A stretch of 64,000 nucleotides of DNA from an uncultured SAR86 cluster bacterium (GTDB lineage: Bacteria > Pseudomonadota > Gammaproteobacteria > Magnimaribacterales > D2472). The notes under the pieces are model-generated. The model was not told the origin of the DNA. It saw only the letters and a program-made list of their open reading frames with translations, and searched no databases. The stretch covers positions 25,493-89,492 of the forward strand of contig CACEDQ010000003.1 of NCBI GenBank assembly GCA_902558375.1, read 5' to 3'. Positions 60,479 to 64,000 of this stretch are shown here, piece by piece. The position numbers were made by a program, and so were the translations under genes. Position 1 is the first letter of the stretch. Every line of letters starts with the position of its first letter.

Positions 60479-60580
60479 ATTTCTGCTCCTTAAGCATTAA
60501 AAATTAATTTATTAAGGCAACTATAAAAGAATTTATAACTTATGTAAACTACTGATATAAGGTATTTTTTTAATACGAAT

Positions 60581-60599
60581 CATTATGATAATCATTCGC
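60581..60599. promoter_or_regulatory. Fur-box-like site upstream of the ferritin-like gene
   Basis: CATTATGATAATCATTCGC matches the 19-bp Fur consensus GATAATGATAATCATTATC at 15/19 positions, with the central 12 nt identical. It lies ~100-120 nt upstream of the start at 60478. Confidence 0.45.
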
Positions 60600-60617
60600 A
60601 TCTAGGTATTATTTTTT

Positions 60618-60944
60618 TTAACTTTTATTAAATATTTTAAAGCGCCAGAAGAGTAAAAAAGCAAGAATAGAATAAGCAAAAACAGCTAGTTGCTTTACAA
60701 TCAGAAGTGCAACGAATGTACCAAGCCAACGATAACCCTTGGTTCTATTCCAGACATAAATAAATGCATCAACACCTGCTAGTTCTTTTCCATCATCAAA
60801 AGTTACATGAAGTTTTTTTAGATATTTATCTTCCATGTGACTGCAATCGGTGAAGTCTAATTCTGATCTTTTTTTGTAATGCTTAATTTCAAAATTACAG
60901 ATCGAACACTTTTCGTTGAAGAGAACTTTTCCATCATTATTCAT
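60618..60944 (-). CDS. DCC-family (DUF393) thiol-disulfide oxidoreductase-like protein
   Basis: N-terminal VLFNEKCSICNFEIKHY resembles the DUF393 pattern FYDGxCxLCxxxV. C-terminal TM helix. 108 aa. Confidence 0.45.
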   Translation of the reverse strand: MNNDGKVLFNEKCSICNFEIKHYKKRSELDFTDCSHMEDKYLKKLHVTFDDGKELAGVDAFIYVWNRTKGYRWLGTFVALLIVKQLAVFAYSILAFLLFWRFKIFNKS

Positions 60945-60984
60945 AAATTTATTTTATCAATATTCATACTTAATACGACACTAA

Positions 60985-61869
60985 ATGACGTTTAGTTTAT
61001 ATAAGCTCTTCACTATTATGATATTAGATGAATTGCTACGCTTAATATATTCGCTTAAGCCTTTTTCAAATAATTGGAATGAAGACCTTTGGTGTAAGTC
61101 AGGTTTTCCAGAATCATCTGAGGAAGCATTAAATTTTTTTGATAATATAGCCAATCCTTTATTTAATATTCCACCATGCAAAATGGCTCAACCTCCGACA
61201 GAAGTCCAGCTTTGGTATCAAGAAAGGTACCTTCAAGGTATAAAAGATATAAAAAGAGCCAGAAAGACTCTTGAAGCTATGCCAGTACAGAATCAATGTT
61301 GGATTATTGGAGCTATTGTTAATTATTTTTTATTATCAAATAGTGAGGAAGTGGTTTTTGGAAGAGCCTTTAGGAATATTAAAAATAAATACTCCTTTAT
61401 AAATGATTTTATAAAGTTTTATAGTATTCTTTGTTCTAATTATTACACTAGTCCTTTACAAAATTGGATGTTTAATGGTTTCGCTACAAAAGAAGCAGAA
61501 AGTTATCTTGAATCTCTCATAAAAAAATATCCTGAATTAATCGAAAAATGCTCATATAAGGCATGGACTAATCCAAACATTATAAGAATTATCACAAAAC
61601 ATAATCCTTCAATATTAAAAAAGGCGCCGCCTATATTTAAAAATCACAGAGACTTAAATTTTGAAGCGATAAAAGCAAACGCAGAGGCAATTAAATATAT
61701 TCATACTAAACACACAAAAGATCCAGAGTTTCTTATTTTAGCCATTCAGCATAATAAAAAATTTATGCGATATATTCCTTTTCTTAGCAAAACTAAATTA
61801 GCAAAGCTTGATATCTTTCAAAGAGCACGGCTTAAAGAATTAGAAAAAAATATTAATGCGTCTTTATAG
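60985..61869 (+). CDS. hypothetical protein, possible DUF4116-type repeats at the C-terminus
   Basis: 294-aa ORF. C-terminal segments (NFEAIKANAEAIKYI..., PEFLILAIQHNKKFMRYIP) resemble DUF4116 repeats. Weak call. Confidence 0.35.
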   Translation: MTFSLYKLFTIMILDELLRLIYSLKPFSNNWNEDLWCKSGFPESSEEALNFFDNIANPLFNIPPCKMAQPPTEVQLWYQERYLQGIKDIKRARKTLEAMPVQNQCWIIGAIVNYFLLSNSEEVVFGRAFRNIKNKYSFINDFIKFYSILCSNYYTSPLQNWMFNGFATKEAESYLESLIKKYPELIEKCSYKAWTNPNIIRIITKHNPSILKKAPPIFKNHRDLNFEAIKANAEAIKYIHTKHTKDPEFLILAIQHNKKFMRYIPFLSKTKLAKLDIFQRARLKELEKNINASL

Positions 61870-61916
61870 GATGAAGTAAGTTTCACCTATAACAAAACCA
61901 CAAAAGAAAAAAGCAA
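61863..61916 (+). repeat. 54-bp direct repeat, copy 1
   Basis: TTTATAGGATGAAGTAAGTTTCACCTATAACAAAACCACAAAAGAAAAAAGCAA is 52/54 identical to 63206-63259, in the same orientation. It starts within the last codons of the 294-aa ORF. Confidence 0.85.
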
Positions 61917-61932
61917 TTTTATAGTTTATAAA

Positions 61933-61965
61933 AAAACCGATCTTCTTATAAAGAAAATCGGTTTT
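61933..61965. terminator. bidirectional rho-independent terminator candidate
   Basis: AAAACCGATCTTCTT-ATA-AAGAAAATCGGTTTT forms a 15-bp stem with one mismatch and a 3-nt loop. T-runs flank it on both strands, and it lies between convergent genes (ends at 61869 and 61991). Confidence 0.5.
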
Positions 61966-61990
61966 AAATTTAGAATTGTAAAATTAAAGT

Positions 61991-62425
61991 TTAACTTACT
62001 TTTTCTCTTAAACTCTCAACTGCATCAAGCATACTCATTACACCATTCATACCATCTTTGCTAAGGATAACTAATTTTCCAGAGCCTGAAACACTAACAG
62101 TTAAATAGTGATTTTTGAATATATACCAACTTCGGACAAAATTATATCCAGTCGTCATAATGCCTCTAGGTGCAACAGCGTCAATGTCAGCACTATAATC
62201 AAGAACCCATAGAATCTTTTGTGCATTCTCAATTATTAATCTTTTATTGGTGCAGATTATAGTTGTTCTTGTAGGAGAGCCTGTTATTAAATACAGTATT
62301 CTCATTACTGAAGCGGTTAATCTTGTTAACGGATTACTGTCAGTTGTATATGAATTTCCTTGAAGGGTGGCTACAACACTTTCACCATCTTTCAACATTC
62401 TTTCAACATTCTTACTCATTTTCAT
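61991..62425 (-). CDS. hypothetical protein (144 aa)
   Basis: ORF with GGGGG/AAGGGGG upstream (62434-62440 region). Beta-rich, possibly PH-like. No motif recognised. Confidence 0.4.
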   Translation of the reverse strand: MKMSKNVERMLKDGESVVATLQGNSYTTDSNPLTRLTASVMRILYLITGSPTRTTIICTNKRLIIENAQKILWVLDYSADIDAVAPRGIMTTGYNFVRSWYIFKNHYLTVSVSGSGKLVILSKDGMNGVMSMLDAVESLREKVS

Positions 62426-62484
62426 AATTTTTCCCCCTTAGGAATATAAGTATTTTTAGAATACACAGATAATATTAAGATAAA

Positions 62485-62757
62485 TTAAGAATAATCTCCA
62501 GCAAACTCTCTGATGAGGACATAAATTATTGCCCCAATCAATAACATAAGAATTCCAGAAACAAGACCTCCAATTAAAAACCATAAAAAGTTATATGACA
62601 GAAGATAAAGAATCCTTTTGTAATTTGTGTTTATTTTATAAGAAACATAGCTTATGAAACCAAATGTAATGAATAAAATGATTACAATTAAAAATAATAA
62701 TTGAGAGATAGATAATCCCAGTTCGGGAAAAAAACCAAAATAGTAGCTGTATTCCAT
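62485..62757 (-). CDS. hypothetical membrane protein (90 aa, ~3 TM)
   Basis: Strongly hydrophobic ORF. Same strand as, and directly upstream of, the 144-aa ORF. Confidence 0.35.
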   Translation of the reverse strand: MEYSYYFGFFPELGLSISQLLFLIVIILFITFGFISYVSYKINTNYKRILYLLSYNFLWFLIGGLVSGILMLLIGAIIYVLIREFAGDYS

Positions 62758-62834
62758 TGCGATAAATTAATATATTTTCTTTATAAAGGCAATCAATTAA
62801 AATCTTGTTTGCATGTTATATATTTATTAAAACT

Positions 62835-63203
62835 ATGATCCAAACAAATATTTTCGATGAACCAATTGAGGAATGCTGTTCAAATCCAATCACAGGATTT
62901 TTTCGAGATGGGTTTTGTCATACCGATCAACTCGACAGAGGTTTACATATTGTTTGCTCATTAATGACCGATGAATTTTTAAGTTTCTCAAAATCCCGAG
63001 GCAACGACCTTTCTACCCCAAGACCTGAATTTGATTTTCCGGGATTAAAAGCAGGGGACTCTTGGTGTATTTGTGCGGAACGATGGAAGGAAGCTTACGA
63101 GCATGGTTTTGCTCCTAAGATTTACCTTAAAAAAACTAATAAAAAAGCTACTTCTATTATCGATATAGAAATATTGAAAGAGTTTGCTATAGATATGAAC
63201 TAA
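62835..63203 (+). CDS. DUF2237 family protein
   Basis: NPITGFFRDGFCHT...HIVCSLMTDEFLSFSKSRGNDLSTPRPEFDFPGLKAGDSWCICAERW matches the DUF2237 pattern. Start moved from TTG 62805 to ATG 62835. Confidence 0.8.
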   Translation: MIQTNIFDEPIEECCSNPITGFFRDGFCHTDQLDRGLHIVCSLMTDEFLSFSKSRGNDLSTPRPEFDFPGLKAGDSWCICAERWKEAYEHGFAPKIYLKKTNKKATSIIDIEILKEFAIDMN

Positions 63204-63205
63204 TA

Positions 63206-63259
63206 TTTATAGAATGAAGTAAGTTTCACCTATAACAAAACCACAAAAGAAAAATGCAA
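63206..63259 (+). repeat. 54-bp direct repeat, copy 2
   Basis: TTTATAGAATGAAGTAAGTTTCACCTATAACAAAACCACAAAAGAAAAATGCAA. It coincides with the 3' end of the 36-aa minus-strand ORF. Confidence 0.85.
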
Positions 63260-63317
63260 CAGCCCAACCAGGCTCTTCTTTACAAAATTCAAATACTCTT
63301 AGCCAGTAATCTGCCAT
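63207..63317 (-). CDS. small hydrophobic peptide ORF (36 aa), absent from the ORF track
   Basis: ATG at 63317 preceded by AGGAGG (TTAGGAGGTATTTATG). Encodes MADYWLRVFEFCKEEPGWAVAFFFCGFVIGETYFIL, with one TM-like segment. Its C-terminal 17 codons lie inside repeat copy 2. Confidence 0.35.
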   Translation of the reverse strand: MADYWLRVFEFCKEEPGWAVAFFFCGFVIGETYFIL

Positions 63318-63400
63318 AAATACCTCCTAAATACCTTGTTTATTGCAATATCTGTGCCAATTGTTTGTCAAAATAAAACACATTGTTTAGGATTATATAA

Positions 63401-63703
63401 ATGACAAGTATTGTTCTTTTGCTTTGTGCAGTTTGGATAGTGATAGTAGCTATAAGCTTGTTTCAATGGCTAAAACATATGTATAAATTATATAAACCTA
63501 ATATTTTTGAAGATGGATATAACTACATCATTATTGATGGAACAGAATCAACACAATATCCAGAGAGATACTCTGAAGGTGTTTTTGCTTGGTGTGAGGG
63601 TGGTAAATTACAAACTTCTGAGGAATATCAAGTTGAAAATGGTGGAGACCCCATTGTATTAAAAAAATATCTTCTTAAATCAAAAACAAAATTAATAAAT
63701 TAA
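63401..63703 (+). CDS. hypothetical membrane-anchored protein (100 aa)
   Basis: N-terminal TM helix (SIVLLLCAVWIVIVAISLF) followed by a soluble domain with no recognisable motif. Confidence 0.35.
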   Translation: MTSIVLLLCAVWIVIVAISLFQWLKHMYKLYKPNIFEDGYNYIIIDGTESTQYPERYSEGVFAWCEGGKLQTSEEYQVENGGDPIVLKKYLLKSKTKLIN

Positions 63704-63708
63704 TTTGT

Positions 63709-63730
63709 AACATTTCTTATCCTCATTCGT
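63709..63730 (+). promoter_or_regulatory. ECF-sigma-type promoter candidate (AAC-N16-CGT)
   Basis: TGTAAC at 63706-63711 and CGTTA at 63728-63732 with a 16-nt spacer, upstream of the partial sigma-factor ORF. ECF sigma genes are commonly autoregulated from such promoters. Confidence 0.25.
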
Positions 63731-63864
63731 TATAGGGTTAGCAAATAAATTTATTGGTACTTGTGGAGGCACTTGCAAAAATTAATACTGAAACTGCAAT
63801 TAAGCAGACAAATTCTATTGTGCTTAAACATTCTCAGAATAAAGTGTGCAAGAATAGAATAGAG

Positions 63865-64000
63865 ATGCCCTTCAAAGAATTAATCGAATATATCAGCAAA
63901 AAACTCATGCCATATGCAATGGTGCTAACCAGCAATGATTCAGATGATGCTTGGGATTTGATACAGCACACTATAGAGAAGCTATTAAAAAATAGAGAGA
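63865..64000 (+). CDS. ECF-type sigma-70 family factor, 3'-partial (runs off the window)
   Basis: The frame is open from 63742 to the window end. From ATG 63865 it encodes MPFKELIEYISKKLMPYAMVLTSNDSDDAWDLIQHTIEKLLKNRE, resembling sigma region 2.1/2.2 (...YA..LT.N..DAEDLVQET..K). TTG 63754 and GTG 63763 are alternative starts. Confidence 0.4.
   Translation, partial: MPFKELIEYISKKLMPYAMVLTSNDSDDAWDLIQHTIEKLLKNRE

Noticed and set aside
63336-63388. Three TTGTTT hexamers in the divergent spacer between the 36-aa and 100-aa ORFs, and a GTTCAAAA direct repeat near 29965-29995
   Set aside because: These are short AT-rich words with irregular spacing, expected by chance at this base composition.
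1-64000. Looked for rRNA, tRNA, CRISPR arrays, IS elements/transposases, integrases, toxin-antitoxin pairs and known defence-system architectures
   Set aside because: I found none. Intergenic spaces are too short for tRNA or CRISPR features. No regularly spaced repeats occur, and no ORF translation shows DDE/tyrosine-recombinase or defence-system hallmark motifs. tRNAscan or cmscan would be needed to formally exclude small RNAs.

Overview
This is a visibly AT-rich, extremely gene-dense chromosomal segment. About 70 CDS are packed with spacers mostly under 150 bp, with many start/stop overlaps and even overlapping convergent stop codons. Core synteny is gammaproteobacterial: topA-(2 small ORFs)-lexA; prpBCD; aroC; leuCDB-asd-fimV-truA-trpF-trpBA-accD-SPOR-cvpA-purF; acnB. 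Together with the streamlining, this suggests a free-living marine gammaproteobacterium; SAR86-like is only a guess from composition and lipid-catabolic gene content. I recognised no rRNA, tRNA, CRISPR array, transposase or integrase.

Acyl-CoA metabolism is over-represented. There is a FATP-type acyl-CoA synthetase and a 9-kb atu/liu-like operon: carboxylase beta and alpha subunits, an in-operon TetR, AtuA/DUF1446, an enoyl-CoA hydratase and an acyl-CoA dehydrogenase (ACAD) pair. A second, paralogous ACAD pair is followed by a PlsC-like acyltransferase.

Items worth a second look:
1. A tightly coupled three-gene operon (SAM methyltransferase, truncated APS-kinase-like P-loop protein, 130-aa minimal HxGH nucleotidyltransferase) that fits no pathway I can name. 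This is my best candidate for an undescribed small-molecule activation system.
2. truA is split by a frameshift at an A9 homopolymer.
3. 54-bp direct repeats (52/54 identical) bracket a 1.3-kb three-gene cassette and duplicate the 3' end of a 36-aa membrane-peptide ORF.
4. A DmdA-like aminomethyltransferase.
5. A secreted MsrA-Trx-MsrB fusion with an unusual domain order.
6. A LexA box shared between lexA and a divergent 5'-nucleotidase gene.
7. A Fur-box-like site in front of a ferritin-like gene.
8. A small islet of hypothetical genes ending in a partial ECF sigma factor.

All functional calls come from reading the translated motifs. No database search was run.
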